A stretch of DNA of 39,209 nt from an uncultured bacterium (GCA_964506785.1 CAZDME010000004.1:1-39209); one strand, 5' to 3'; counted from the first letter of the stretch, positions 1 to 10,129 are shown. Notes: a model not told the origin generated them from the sequence alone. Numbers and translations are program-made.

Positions 1-261
1 AATCCAATCGCTTTTTTCATCATCATTGCTAAGATATATGTTGTCGTCATAACTTTCCATAATGACCAAAAAAGGGCGAAACCAGCCTTTCTGCTTTTCA
101 GGAATAACCGGAAAGGGTCGATACCAGGTTTCCTGGGTTTCATATCTAGCTGAATACGGACGCAGGGAGACATCCTGGGAGTACGCGTTGGGCATCATAA
201 AGACAAATATCCCCGCTAAACTAATCATTGAGATGATAATCCTCATTTCTCTTCTTATCAT
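1..261 (-). CDS. Outer-membrane beta-barrel protein, 5' part (runs off window start; polysaccharide-export-associated barrel type)
   Basis: Not in ORF track. Manual translation from ATG 261 (alternative 246): MIRREMRIIISMISLAGIFVFMMPNAYSQ...FRPFLVIMESYDDNIYLSNDDEKSDWI. Signal peptide plus the YDDNI..(S)DWI motif typical of these barrels; AAGGA upstream. Confidence 0.65.
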   Translation of the reverse strand, partial: MIRREMRIIISMISLAGIFVFMMPNAYSQDVSLRPYSARYETQETWYRPFPVIPEKQKGWFRPFLVIMESYDDNIYLSNDDEKSDWI

Positions 262-354
262 TACCTTATCCTTTCTTTTTGGTATCCCGCGGTTTATAGG
301 ATATATATAGAGGGAAGAGGGACAAATCTTAAACCACTTTGCTTAAGCGCAGAA

Positions 355-383
355 AGTATAGCATTCACTTCTTTGATAGTCAA
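355..383 (-). promoter_or_regulatory. sigma70-type promoter for the beta-barrel gene
   Basis: Minus strand TTGACT-N17-TATACT with extended -10 TG. Confidence 0.6.
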
Positions 384-439
384 CTAAAAAAAGCACCCCC
401 ACTATTTTCCCCCTTTTCGTCTATTTATTAGGCAGTTTA

Positions 440-467
440 AGCTGACCCGGAGCTACCCGGGTCGGCT
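440..467. repeat. GC-rich inverted repeat overlapping the CPBP stop codon
   Basis: AGCTGACCCGG-agctac-CCGGGTCGGCT, one mismatch/wobble; no clear U-tract. Confidence 0.45.
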
Positions 468-1244
468 CAAGAGCATAATTAAAAAAACCATCAGATTCCA
501 GAGGAAATGGAAGAAAATCGGGGCGGTAAGAGACCTTCTTCGTTCATAAATCCAGGTAACAATCACCCCCATAAAAATGATGTTTAAAAGATTGAATAAA
601 TAGCCGTGCATAAAGGCAAACAATAGGCTTGTGGCAATAATCGAAAAAATAAAACCGTGCCTTTTTCTTATGGCGCTATAGAGACAGCCGCGGAAAAACA
701 ACTCTTCAAAAACAGGGGCAATAAAAACAAGCAGGATAATCTTGGTTATGCCAAAATGAGCGGTTATCCGGGCGCGTTCGATATCCAGCCCTTTGGAATA
801 AAATTCGATTGCCTTGAGAGGGTCCTTCTTGGACAATATGGCCACAAAGATAATTGACAGGGCGATAAAAACACCCAGGATAAAAGCGCCTAAAAAACCC
901 AGAAGATATACCTTAAAGGCATAAAACAAGTCTTTTTTGATTTTATAAAAATCTATAAAAAACCTGACCTTTGACCCATTTATCCTTTTAAGAATCAAAA
1001 AATAGCCCGCCAGGCCGAGAAGGAGGAAATAAAATAACATCAGCAAATCCCCCCAGACGGTATGGGTAAAAATGCTACGTGGAACTTTGCCGATTATCCC
1101 TAAGAAGTTAAGATATTTTAAGTACAGGCCCAGTGCGGCCGTAAAAACAAAAAATATTAAGAAGGAAATTAAAAAAGCTAAGAGAACCTGCTTGGTTTCC
1201 CAGGGAGGATTGAAGATATTTTCCTGCGCTTTTTCATCTAACAT
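453..1244 (-). CDS. CPBP family (CAAX/Abi) intramembrane glutamic endopeptidase
   Basis: Multiple TM segments; motifs EELFFRG, FAFMH, HFLWN. Confidence 0.9.
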   Translation of the reverse strand: MLDEKAQENIFNPPWETKQVLLAFLISFLIFFVFTAALGLYLKYLNFLGIIGKVPRSIFTHTVWGDLLMLFYFLLLGLAGYFLILKRINGSKVRFFIDFYKIKKDLFYAFKVYLLGFLGAFILGVFIALSIIFVAILSKKDPLKAIEFYSKGLDIERARITAHFGITKIILLVFIAPVFEELFFRGCLYSAIRKRHGFIFSIIATSLLFAFMHGYLFNLLNIIFMGVIVTWIYERRRSLTAPIFFHFLWNLMVFLIMLLSRPG

Positions 1245-1269
1245 CAAAGAATCCTGGATTGTTAAAATA

Positions 1270-1300
1270 AATCCGAAACCCCGGGCTGGAATTTCGGATT
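1270..1300. repeat. Intergenic inverted repeat (possible terminator or stabiliser)
   Basis: AATCCGAAA ... TTTCGGATT arms. Confidence 0.35.
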
Positions 1301-1323
1301 CTTAAATAACTTTTTTCTATTTC

Positions 1324-2010
1324 TCAATCTTTAAAATAAAGTTCATCGGGAGTGATAACCAAAGCCGGGATAGATTCTCCCTCACCTCCTACCGCACCGA
1401 TAAAATTATTGTTGAATTCCAATTCTATAGCCGCCGCATTATCGACTTTAAGGACGAATTCTTTATCCGTCTGCCAGTTTTTTTCTTCGCCTCTCGTCAG
1501 GCCTCCTTCAAAAATTACTTTTTTCCCCTCTTTGATTTGCAGCCGGCAGTCCTTAACCGCTTTAATCCTTAAATCAAGGGCTTTTGAGGCTTTTCCCTCG
1601 GGAAGCGCTATTTTCTCCGGAGGGGAAACCGGAAAGGAAATTTTTTTGAGCTGGCTGGTTTTATACATAAGCAAAGCGACGATTAATAAAAGTATTAATA
1701 AGCCTGCCAGGCTTTTCCTTCGGTGCCGAAAATTAAAATCGGGATAACGGAATCTTATTATTTTCTTATCCCTGGCCGGGATTTTTCTCTCGCTATACAG
1801 CTCTAAAACCTTTTCTTTCTTTATTCCCAGGTATTGGGCATATTTAATCAAGAACGAACGGACGTAAACCTCCGCCGGGAGTTCCTCGAATTTTTCGCCT
1901 TCGATAGCCGATAGATACTCTTTTTTGATTTTGATATCCCGGGAGGCTTTATCAATAGAAATTTTCTTGCGTTTGCGCGCTTTGGTGAAAAGACCGCCGA
2001 GAGCATCCAT
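1324..2010 (-). CDS. rodZ: RodZ-like HTH membrane protein (HTH_25 + TM + DUF4115)
   Basis: N-terminal HTH (YLSAIEGEKFEELPAEVYVRSFLIKYAQYLG), single TM, C-terminal beta domain; ftsK-lolA-rodZ context. Confidence 0.8.
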   Translation of the reverse strand: MDALGGLFTKARKRKKISIDKASRDIKIKKEYLSAIEGEKFEELPAEVYVRSFLIKYAQYLGIKKEKVLELYSERKIPARDKKIIRFRYPDFNFRHRRKSLAGLLILLLIVALLMYKTSQLKKISFPVSPPEKIALPEGKASKALDLRIKAVKDCRLQIKEGKKVIFEGGLTRGEEKNWQTDKEFVLKVDNAAAIELEFNNNFIGAVGGEGESIPALVITPDELYFKD

Positions 2011-2013
2011 TAG

Positions 2014-2670
2014 CTATTCCTCAAAAATCTCAGTTCCCTCAGGAAAATTTAATTTAAAGACACCCTCGGCAAAGAGGGCATCCGTCTTTATCTCATTATA
2101 GGTAAACCTGGTCAGCGTCCCGTCATTTAAAAAAACCTCAACCCTTAAAGGCAGAAAATTTTTCGGCTCTAACCAGATATTAACCCGGTCGATATCCGAA
2201 TTTTCTCTTTTAGGGCGAAATTCCAAAATTTCAAGTGCCTCGCCGGAAGATTTTACTGCCAGCGGCCGCTTAATCACAAAATGCCCTTTAATTTTATCTA
2301 TCGGCTGGGTTGAGGTAAACCAGAAAGGGCCAAAGGATTCCTCTGGCGAATAACTCTTTTTAATCGCCTGATTGGAATCCGGCAGATAAACCCATATAGT
2401 TTCGCCATCGCCGATAATTATTTCCTCCTCCGGCAATTCCACATCCCAGCGGAAAAAATGGGGTTTTTTAAAAAAAATTTTACCTGAGGTTTCGCCTTTT
2501 AATTCATTCCCCTGATAGATACTTTGCCTGTAATGGGCAGTATAGGTGGAAAGCTTCCGGTATTTTTCCTGCCAGGCAGAGATTATTTTTTCAGCTTCAC
2601 CCTCGGCTCCGGATTTAACCGGAGAGATGGTCAGGACAAAAGCTAATCCCCAGATGAAAAGTCTAGTCAT
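2014..2670 (-). CDS. lolA: Outer-membrane lipoprotein carrier LolA
   Basis: Signal peptide; GKIFFKKPHFFRWD, IGDGETIWVY motifs; directly after ftsK. Confidence 0.85.
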   Translation of the reverse strand: MTRLFIWGLAFVLTISPVKSGAEGEAEKIISAWQEKYRKLSTYTAHYRQSIYQGNELKGETSGKIFFKKPHFFRWDVELPEEEIIIGDGETIWVYLPDSNQAIKKSYSPEESFGPFWFTSTQPIDKIKGHFVIKRPLAVKSSGEALEILEFRPKRENSDIDRVNIWLEPKNFLPLRVEVFLNDGTLTRFTYNEIKTDALFAEGVFKLNFPEGTEIFEE

Positions 2671-4894
2671 TTTTTACGTTTTCCCAGCCATTTTCGTCTA
2701 TTAATATTTCCCGGGCGCGGCTGCCCCGATGCTGGCCGACAATCTCTCTTTCTTCCATCATATCTATCAATCGGGCCGCCCGGGCATAGCCAATTCTCAG
2801 CCTTCTTTGTAAAACTGAGGCTGAAGCCTGCCCGGTTTCTAACACTACCTGTACCGCCTTTTCGAATAATTCATCCGTGCCTAAAGAGGTTTCTTCTTCT
2901 TTTGATTCCTTTTCGAAAATTTCCTTATTAAAAACCGGACGGGACTTCTCGCTGATAAAACCGATAATCCGTTCGATTTCCTGATCATTAATTAACGCTC
3001 CCTGGGCGCGGATAGGTTTTGCCTGCCCGGGAGGCAGGAAAAGCATATCGCCCTTTCCTAAAAGAGCCTCGGCCCCATTCATATCTAAAACCGTCCGCGA
3101 GTCGACCTTTGAAGAAACCTGGAATGAAATCCGCGACGGGAAATTGGCTTTGATTACCCCGGTAATGACATCGACTGAAGGCCTTTGCGTGGCTAAAACG
3201 ATGTGGATACCCACCGCCCGGGAAAGCTGGGCCAATCTGGTTATCGCCTCCTCAACCTCCATTGGCACCACCATCATCAAATCGGCCAATTCATCGATGA
3301 CCACAATGATATAAGGAAGAACCCCCTCTTCTTTAGGAAAATTCCTGTTGTAGCTGTCGATATTCCTCACCCCGGCTTCAGCAAAAGTTTTGTATCTTCT
3401 CTCCATCTCGTCAATCAGCCATTTTAAGGTAGCCGCTGCTTTCTTCGGAGTGGTAACCACCGGGGTAATTAAATGCGGCAAATGGTTAAAATTAATTAAT
3501 TCCACCCGTTTAGGGTCGATTAAAATAAACTTTACTTCCTGGGGGGACGCCTTAAAAAGAACGCTGGTAATCAGAACATTGATACAGATTGTTTTGCCGG
3601 AACCGGTCGCTCCGGCGATAAGAAGATGCGGCATTTCGGATAAATCGCTAATCAAAGGCTTCCCCGAAATATCCTTTCCCAGTGCCAGAGTTAACTTCGA
3701 TGAAGATTTTTCATAATCGGGATGGGTCACGATATCCCTTAGAAAAACGTTAGAACTTGTTCGATTCGGGATTTCTATACCGACGACTGCTTTCCCCGGA
3801 ATCGGAGCAACCACCCGGACCGTTGGCGCCCGCATCGCCAGGGCAATATTATCAGCCAAACCGACAATCCGGTTAACCTTTATTCCCGGAGCCGGCTGAA
3901 GTTCATATTCGGTTATAACCGGCCCCCGGTTAATCTGGGTAACCTTAGCCTTGATGCCGAAATTGCTTAAGGTCTCTTCTAAAATCCTTGCCTGCTCTTT
4001 TAAATTTTCTTTTATTTCCGGCCGCTCGCCGGGCGCTTCATCCAGAAGAGAAACCGGAGGTATTTGGTACTTGCCGAATGTCTCCGCTTTTACCGTTGCT
4101 TCCTCCTTCGTTATTTCCGGCGTCTTTTTCTTTTGAATCTTAATCCGCTCGATCCGTTTTTTCTCTTCCTCTCTTATTTGTTTAAAACGCGGCGGCAAAA
4201 CGATTTTTGGTTCCACCCGTCGTTCCCTCTTTCTATTTTTCAAAAAAAGCTTGACCTTCTTAGAGGCGCCCTTTAACAAACTTCCGAAGCCAATAATGAG
4301 AAAATAAAGTATTTTGTCGAAGGTAAAAATAGTTTTCCAAACACCGATAAATAAATAAAATAGGGCTCGGAAAAGAATGAAGCGGCAGCTTAAAAGGACT
4401 CCCAAAAAAAACAACGTCAGGATTAATATGGTTACCCCTGCCGGGCCTAAAAAGCCGCTTAGACGGGCCTGAAAAAACGCGCCGATAATCCCGCCGGGGA
4501 GAAAACCAAACGAAGGAAATCTTATTCGGTAAGTCTCGAGAAAAGTGCTTAAGGAAATCAAGATAAGAAAAACGCCGGCGAATTTCAGGAAAAGTTTTAA
4601 AGTCTCCTTCCGGCGGAATTTTCGCCATCCCCAGATAGCCAGGAGCAAGGGCACCAGATAAGCGCTGAAACCGAAATAGTTGAATAAAAAGCTGGAAAGA
4701 CAAACACCGGCCATACCGCCTAAGTTTTTTGGCGGCCGGTTGGGCGGAATTTTGAAAAACGAAGAATCTCCGGGGCGGAAACTGACTAAACTAATCAAGG
4801 TGAATACGGCCAGGGCCAGGATTACTATGCCTAAAATTTCCCGGCGCAACTCCGGGTTAACCTTAAATTGAAAATGTTTCTTTTTCCTCGCCAT
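2663..4894 (-). CDS. ftsK: DNA translocase FtsK
   Basis: 4TM N-terminus, PHLLIAGATGSGKT, IDELADLMM, LATQRPSVDVITG, gamma domain LQRRLRIGYARAAR. Confidence 0.97.
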   Translation of the reverse strand: MARKKKHFQFKVNPELRREILGIVILALAVFTLISLVSFRPGDSSFFKIPPNRPPKNLGGMAGVCLSSFLFNYFGFSAYLVPLLLAIWGWRKFRRKETLKLFLKFAGVFLILISLSTFLETYRIRFPSFGFLPGGIIGAFFQARLSGFLGPAGVTILILTLFFLGVLLSCRFILFRALFYLFIGVWKTIFTFDKILYFLIIGFGSLLKGASKKVKLFLKNRKRERRVEPKIVLPPRFKQIREEEKKRIERIKIQKKKTPEITKEEATVKAETFGKYQIPPVSLLDEAPGERPEIKENLKEQARILEETLSNFGIKAKVTQINRGPVITEYELQPAPGIKVNRIVGLADNIALAMRAPTVRVVAPIPGKAVVGIEIPNRTSSNVFLRDIVTHPDYEKSSSKLTLALGKDISGKPLISDLSEMPHLLIAGATGSGKTICINVLITSVLFKASPQEVKFILIDPKRVELINFNHLPHLITPVVTTPKKAAATLKWLIDEMERRYKTFAEAGVRNIDSYNRNFPKEEGVLPYIIVVIDELADLMMVVPMEVEEAITRLAQLSRAVGIHIVLATQRPSVDVITGVIKANFPSRISFQVSSKVDSRTVLDMNGAEALLGKGDMLFLPPGQAKPIRAQGALINDQEIERIIGFISEKSRPVFNKEIFEKESKEEETSLGTDELFEKAVQVVLETGQASASVLQRRLRIGYARAARLIDMMEEREIVGQHRGSRAREILIDENGWENVKND

Positions 4895-4912
4895 TTACCT
4901 ATTTAATAGACT

Positions 4913-5012
4913 NNNNNNNNNNNNNNNNNNNNNNNNNNNNNNNNNNNNNNNNNNNNNNNNNNNNNNNNNNNNNNNNNNNNNNNNNNNNNNNNNNNNNNNN
5001 NNNNNNNNNNNN
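4913..5012. other. Scaffold gap (100 N)
   Basis: Run of exactly 100 N. Confidence 1.
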
Positions 5013-5045
5013 TGAGCCATATTTACATTACACATTACACAATTT

Positions 5046-5846
5046 TTACCGAAGCGCCATAATCACCCAAAACGACACTGCCCAGCAGTAATAAGCGAAA
5101 TAACTAAGCTTGCCTTTTCTAACAATCCAGGAAAGAAACTTTAGAGCCGCAAGGCCGACTAAAGCCGTAGCAAAAATAAGGCCGCCCAGAATCATACCGG
5201 GACAACTGACTTTCCCCAACGAAAGGATTACCGCTCCGAGAGTTACCGGTAACGCTAAGAGAAAAGCAAAATGAAAAGCCAGCTCTTTTTTCAATCCACA
5301 CAAATAACCGCAGCCAATGGTCGCGCCGGAACGGGAAATCCCCGGAACTATAGCCAGAACCTGGGCGATGCCGATAATTACCGCCTTTAGCCAGCCTAAA
5401 TCTTTCAAATCTAACTTTACTTTCCTTTTAGCCGCTATTTTTTCGCTGAATATCAGCCAGCCCCCGTTTAGAGCCAATGCCGCGGCAACCAGATAAATAT
5501 TCTGGAATAGATATTCGACCCGCCCGAAAAAAATCATTCCGACTATCACCGCCGGAAGGCTTCCTAAAAGAATCAAATAGAAAAGTTTTGAATATTCCTT
5601 TTCTCTTCCCTTTTTTGATTTTTTAGGCGGTAAAACTGAAAAAAGGATCTTTTGCAGATCCTTCCAGAAAAAAATCGTAATGCTTACAAAAGTGCCGCCG
5701 TGAAAAGCGGCCGTCCAGGCTAAGTAATTCCCCTGCAGCCGGAAGAGGCGGAAAAATATGACTAAATGCCCGGAACTGCTTACGGGAAAAAATTCGGTCA
5801 ATCCCTGAATTACACCTAATATCAGCAGTTTGCCCGCATCCACCAT
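5046..5846 (-). CDS. uppP: Undecaprenyl-diphosphatase
   Basis: QGLTEFFPVSSSGH and PGISRSGAT motifs. Confidence 0.95.
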   Translation of the reverse strand: MVDAGKLLILGVIQGLTEFFPVSSSGHLVIFFRLFRLQGNYLAWTAAFHGGTFVSITIFFWKDLQKILFSVLPPKKSKKGREKEYSKLFYLILLGSLPAVIVGMIFFGRVEYLFQNIYLVAAALALNGGWLIFSEKIAAKRKVKLDLKDLGWLKAVIIGIAQVLAIVPGISRSGATIGCGYLCGLKKELAFHFAFLLALPVTLGAVILSLGKVSCPGMILGGLIFATALVGLAALKFLSWIVRKGKLSYFAYYCWAVSFWVIMALR

Positions 5847-5859
5847 CAGTGATTTTTAC

Positions 5860-5888
5860 TTGACAAGTTTCTGCTCATATAGTATAAG
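5860..5888 (+). promoter_or_regulatory. sigma70 promoter for the small Cys-rich ORF
   Basis: TTGACA (5860-5865)-N17-TATAAG (5883-5888). Confidence 0.6.
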
Positions 5889-5929
5889 CAGAGAAAACCG
5901 TTTTTGCCTGTTTAAAGGAACGCGTCTTT

Positions 5930-6082
5930 ATGTGCTGTGAGTTATGCACCTATTTTTTAATATGCAGCGAAGAAGGCAAGATAAGTGACACCTGCTGCCC
6001 CCGCTGTCCTGAGTATGCTGACTGCATTGGCAATGAGGATATAACCGGTTTATCTTCCGAGGAAGAATTGGATTTCCTTTAA
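5930..6082 (+). CDS. Small cysteine-rich protein, 50 aa (2x CCxxCx5C, acidic tail)
   Basis: Manual translation MCCELCTYFLICSEEGKISDTCCPRCPEYADCIGNEDITGLSSEEELDFL*. AAAGGA RBS upstream; promoter upstream; fills the uppP-dut gap without overlap. Confidence 0.75.
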   Translation: MCCELCTYFLICSEEGKISDTCCPRCPEYADCIGNEDITGLSSEEELDFL

Positions 6083-6084
6083 AT

Positions 6085-6537
6085 TCAGGAAGTTCCCGTA
6101 TGGCCAAAGCCTCCGGAGCTTCTGCCGGTTTCTGACAGCTCGTTTCCTTCAACCAATTCGGCTCGGACGATTTCTTTTATTACCATCTGGGCAATTCGTT
6201 CTCCCCGGCGGATAATAAAAGGCTCCTCCCCGAGATTAATCAGGATTATCCCGATTTCTCCCCGATAATCGGCATCGATTGTCCCCGGAGCATTTACGAT
6301 GCTCAAGCCGTATTTTACGGCCAGACCGCTTCTGGGGCGGACTTCGGCTTCGTATCCCGGCGGCACTTCGATAAAAAGGCCGGTCGGCACTAACATCCTT
6401 TTACCCGGAGTCAAAACAGTTTCTTCTTTAACCGCTGCCCTTAAATCCAGGCCGCTGGCTGACTCGCTCATATATTTAGGAAGAGCAATATCTTTGCAAT
6501 CCCCCGCCTGTCTGATTTTGATAATGACCTTTTTCAC
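6085..6537 (-). CDS. dut: dUTP diphosphatase
   Basis: [37 protein letters not shown] motifs. Confidence 0.97.
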   Translation of the reverse strand: MKKVIIKIRQAGDCKDIALPKYMSESASGLDLRAAVKEETVLTPGKRMLVPTGLFIEVPPGYEAEVRPRSGLAVKYGLSIVNAPGTIDADYRGEIGIILINLGEEPFIIRRGERIAQMVIKEIVRAELVEGNELSETGRSSGGFGHTGTS

Positions 6538-8624
6538 TTTCTCTTTCTGTCTTTTTCTTCCGCTAAAGCCTGCTTCCGGCTTAAATTAATCCTTCCCTGC
6601 TTATCTATTTCGATAACCTTGACCATAAATTTATCATTCTCTTTAACGACGTCCTCCACCTTTTCAACCCGATGGTCCTCCAACTGGGAAATATGAACCA
6701 ATCCTTCCCGTCCGGGTAAAATTTCGACAAAAGCCCCGAAATTCATAAGCCGGGTTACCCGGCCAAGATAAATTTTCCCTATTTCTACTTCGGCCGTCAA
6801 ATCCCGGATCATCTTGACCGCTTTTTCCAGAGCTTCTTCGTCAGGCGAGGCAATTAAAATCTTACCGTCATTTTCAACATCGATTTTGGCATTGGTATCC
6901 TCGACAATTTTGCGAATCATCTTCCCCCCGGGGCCGATTACGTCGCGGATACGGTCCGGATTAATTTGAATGGTCCTTATCCGCGGGGCATAACTGGAAA
7001 GGTTCTTCCGGGGTTCGGCAATCGCCTTATCCATTTTCTCAAGAATAGTTAAACGCGCCAGGCGGGCTTTTTCGACAATTTGTTTCAGGATATCCAAACT
7101 CAATCCTTCGACCTTCATGTCCATCTGGATACCGGTAATTCCTTCTTTGGTCCCGGCTACTTTAAAATCCAGGTCTCCGGATTGGTCTTCCAATCCCAAA
7201 ATATCGGTTAACAAAACAGTTTTGTCTTTTTCCTTAATTAAACCGATAGAAATTCCGGCCACCGGAGCGGTAATGGGCACCCCGGCGTCCATCAGGGCCA
7301 ATGTTGCGGCGCAGACAGTCGCCATTGAAGATGACCCATTGGATTCAAGGACATCTGAAACCAGCCGAATGGTATAGGGGAATTTCTCCAACGGCGGTAA
7401 AACCGCTTTTAACGAACGTTCGGCTAAAAGTCCGTGCCCGATTTCCCGGCGTCCCGGTCCCCTGGGCATACGAATTTCCCCCACGCTAAAAGGCGGGAAA
7501 TTGTAATGAAGCATAAAAGATTTGCTTTCTTCTCCGGTTAAAGAATCGATGCGCTGTTCGTCTTCAGATGTTCCTAAAGTGGTCGTTGCCAATGATTGCG
7601 TTTGTCCCCGGGTAAAAAGAGCGGAGCCGTGGGTGCGGGGAAGAATGCCGATTTCACAACTTATCGGGCGGATATCATCTGAACTGCGGCCGTCAACTCT
7701 CTTGCCGGAAGCAACGATTTGCCGGCGGAGGATATTTTTCTCTATTTTTTCCAGGGTAAAGCGGACGGTTAAAGAAGTATGGGATTCTTCGAACTGCTCT
7801 AAAGCTTTTTCGTAAACTTTTTTTGTCTTTTCCTCCCGCGTCAGCTTATCGGAAATATTCAGGATTTGGCTGATAGATTCGCCAAACTGCTTCTCCAGGG
7901 TTTGGTAAAGCTCCTTATCGGCTTTTAGCAATTCTACCTGGCGCTTCTCCTTTCCAGCCTTCTTGACCAGCTCTTTTTGCAGGCTGATTATTTCCTGAAT
8001 AAACGGCTGGGCATATTCGATGGCTTCAATAAGAGAGGCTTCCGGAATCTCCTGGGCGCTGCCTTCAATCATAACCACGGCATCCTCAGCCGCAGAGATA
8101 ATTAACTCGAAGGAACTCTCCTGAAGCTGGGAATAAGTTGGATTGATAATAAATTTTCCGTCGATTTTACCTACCCGGACAGAGCCCAGAATCTTGGTAA
8201 AAGGTATATCGGAAATTGCCAGGGCCGCCGAGGCGCCAATCATGGCCAGAGTATCCGGGTCGTTTTCCCCATCGGCGGAAAGGACCATAGCCATTATCTG
8301 CACTTCGTAAAAAAACCCGTCGGGAAACAAAGGGCGGATGGGACGGTCAATAAGACGGGCGGTAATAATTTCTTTTTCCGTCGGCCGGCCTTCACGTTTA
8401 ATAAAACCGCCGGGAATTTTTCCGGCGGCAGAGGTTTTCTCTCTATAGTCGACAGTTAAAGGGAAAAATCTGATTTCTTCGCCTAATTCTTTAGCGGCAA
8501 CCGCGGTAACCAGGACGACCGTATCCCCATATTGGACTGTCACCGCCGCATCGGCCTGTTTAGCCAACCTTCCGGTTTCAATAATTAAATCTTTATCGCC
8601 GATAGACCTTTTAATATTCTCCAT
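6534..8624 (-). CDS. pnp: Polyribonucleotide nucleotidyltransferase
   Basis: [35 protein letters not shown] and S1 domains. Confidence 0.98.
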   Translation of the reverse strand: MENIKRSIGDKDLIIETGRLAKQADAAVTVQYGDTVVLVTAVAAKELGEEIRFFPLTVDYREKTSAAGKIPGGFIKREGRPTEKEIITARLIDRPIRPLFPDGFFYEVQIMAMVLSADGENDPDTLAMIGASAALAISDIPFTKILGSVRVGKIDGKFIINPTYSQLQESSFELIISAAEDAVVMIEGSAQEIPEASLIEAIEYAQPFIQEIISLQKELVKKAGKEKRQVELLKADKELYQTLEKQFGESISQILNISDKLTREEKTKKVYEKALEQFEESHTSLTVRFTLEKIEKNILRRQIVASGKRVDGRSSDDIRPISCEIGILPRTHGSALFTRGQTQSLATTTLGTSEDEQRIDSLTGEESKSFMLHYNFPPFSVGEIRMPRGPGRREIGHGLLAERSLKAVLPPLEKFPYTIRLVSDVLESNGSSSMATVCAATLALMDAGVPITAPVAGISIGLIKEKDKTVLLTDILGLEDQSGDLDFKVAGTKEGITGIQMDMKVEGLSLDILKQIVEKARLARLTILEKMDKAIAEPRKNLSSYAPRIRTIQINPDRIRDVIGPGGKMIRKIVEDTNAKIDVENDGKILIASPDEEALEKAVKMIRDLTAEVEIGKIYLGRVTRLMNFGAFVEILPGREGLVHISQLEDHRVEKVEDVVKENDKFMVKVIEIDKQGRINLSRKQALAEEKDRKRK

Positions 8625-8627
8625 ATT

Positions 8628-8897
8628 TTATTTCCTTAACCCCAGTTTTTTGATTATTTCGTGATAACGCGCTTTCTGATGTATTCGAAGATAACTCAAT
8701 AGACGCCGTCTCTGGCCAACCATTTTAAGCAGCCCCCTTCGCGAATGGTGGTCTTTGGCGTGATTTTTAAAATGTCCGGCTAAATAGTTAATCCTCTCGG
8801 TTAATAAAGCTATTTGCACTTCGGGGGAGCCGGTATCCTTCTCATGCGCCCGGTACGTCGTAATCACGCCTTTTTTCTTTTCTTTGCCTAAAGCCAC
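8628..8897 (-). CDS. rpsO: 30S ribosomal protein S15
   Basis: [36 protein letters not shown] start with GAGGAGG RBS. Confidence 0.98.
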   Translation of the reverse strand: MALGKEKKKGVITTYRAHEKDTGSPEVQIALLTERINYLAGHFKNHAKDHHSRRGLLKMVGQRRRLLSYLRIHQKARYHEIIKKLGLRK

Positions 8898-8942
8898 TTA
8901 ACACCTCCTCAACCACTCAGTACTTTATATACGCTGACAAAC

Positions 8943-8971
8943 ACTATACCATAAAAAAACCAAAAGGTAAA
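8943..8971 (-). promoter_or_regulatory. Putative rpsO promoter
   Basis: TTTACC-N17-TATAGT with extended -10 TG on the minus strand. Confidence 0.45.
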
Positions 8972-9010
8972 GGGAAATCTCTCCCCTTCTTCTCACCAAG
9001 AGCCAGTTTT

Positions 9011-9190
9011 GCTTTTAGCTCTTCGCTCACGACTCTTAGTTTTTTTCTTACTATCGGCAAGCCTATCCGCCGCGCTTTTTGACGGGACACTTTAACACTC
9101 TGATGCTCTGACACTTTGTCACTTTTAAATGGCACTCTGACCATCAGCCAACAGCCATCAACTATCACCCAGCGGCCAGCACCCAGCGGC
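9011..9190. repeat. Stacked degenerate tandem arrays (7-mer, 8-mer, 7-mer)
   Basis: gctttta gctcttc gctcacg actctta (9011-9038); gacacttt aacactct gatgctct gacacttt gtcacttt (9086-9125); ccatcag ccaacag ccatcaa ctatcac ccagcgg ccagcac ccagcgg (9141-9189). Confidence 0.8.
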
Positions 9191-9196
9191 TAATTA

Positions 9197-10129
9197 CTAT
9201 AATCTTTTTCCAAAGTACTCTTTTGCCTTTTTTATATCGTCCCTAATCTGGTTTATTAAGGCATGGCGCGAGCTGAATTTCAATTCACCCCGCAGGCGCC
9301 GAAAAACCTGAACAGAAAGTTCCCGGCCATAAAGGTTGCCGGAAAAATTAAATAGGTATACTTCAATTATCCTTTGATGCTCATGAAAAGTCGGGCGTCT
9401 GCCTAAATTAAGCAAACCGCGGTAAACCTTCCCCTGTACTTCTGCTTCAACCGCATAAATGCCGTTTTTCAAAATTAAATCCAGATAGGATTCAATATTG
9501 GCTGTCGGAAAACCCAAAGCTATCCCCCGCCTGCTCCCTCTAACTACCTGGCCGGAAATCGTGTAGGGCGTTCCTAAAAAAGAAGATGCCGCCTGAACAT
9601 CTCCTTCTTTTATCAGCTCCCTTATCCGGGTGCTGCTGATTATTTGTTTTTTCGATTTAAATAAAGGGGAAACCTTTACTTTAAAGCCCAATTTAATTCC
9701 CCATTTCTTCAAATGGCTGATATTTCCTCTTCGCCCTTTTCCAAAGCGGTAGTTTTCGCCGATAAAGATTTCTTTGATGCCTAAGGTTTCTTTAAGTACC
9801 TCCCGGGCAAATTGAAAAGGCGAAAGGCCGGCAAATTCCCGATTAAAATCGGCCAGCAGGCAAATGTCCACTCCTAAGGCATGGAATAAATTCAATTTTT
9901 GCGAAAGAGTAGTTAACTGTGGGCGCATCCCCTTTTCTTTCAGGACATTCAAGGGATGGACCGGAAAGGTAAAAATTAAACTTGTCCCCCGAAGTGTCTT
10001 AGCCCGTTTAACGATTTTTTTTATAATGAACTGATGGCCTAAATGCACACCGTCAAAATTACCCACACCCATAATTATACCCGGGTGATGCGCTTTAGGA
10101 AAATTTTTGATGCCGCGGATAATCTGCAT
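9197..10129 (-). CDS. ribF: Bifunctional riboflavin kinase/FAD synthetase
   Basis: GNFDGVHLGHQ, ISSTRIR, LGFPTAN, GRRPTF. Confidence 0.97.
   Translation of the reverse strand: MQIIRGIKNFPKAHHPGIIMGVGNFDGVHLGHQFIIKKIVKRAKTLRGTSLIFTFPVHPLNVLKEKGMRPQLTTLSQKLNLFHALGVDICLLADFNREFAGLSPFQFAREVLKETLGIKEIFIGENYRFGKGRRGNISHLKKWGIKLGFKVKVSPLFKSKKQIISSTRIRELIKEGDVQAASSFLGTPYTISGQVVRGSRRGIALGFPTANIESYLDLILKNGIYAVEAEVQGKVYRGLLNLGRRPTFHEHQRIIEVYLFNFSGNLYGRELSVQVFRRLRGELKFSSRHALINQIRDDIKKAKEYFGKRL

Noticed and set aside
62-310. 82-aa plus-strand ORF
   Set aside because: Antisense to the minus-strand beta-barrel gene, which has a promoter, RBS and signal peptide.
5928-6152. 74-aa minus-strand ORF
   Set aside because: Overlaps dut out of frame and is antisense to the better supported Cys-rich miniprotein.
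8944-9168. 74-aa minus-strand ORF in the ribF-rpsO spacer
   Set aside because: Translation of repeat arrays and promoter; no RBS or recognisable domain.
9011-9190. CRISPR array
   Set aside because: Units are 7-8 bp tandem repeats with no spacers; no cas genes.
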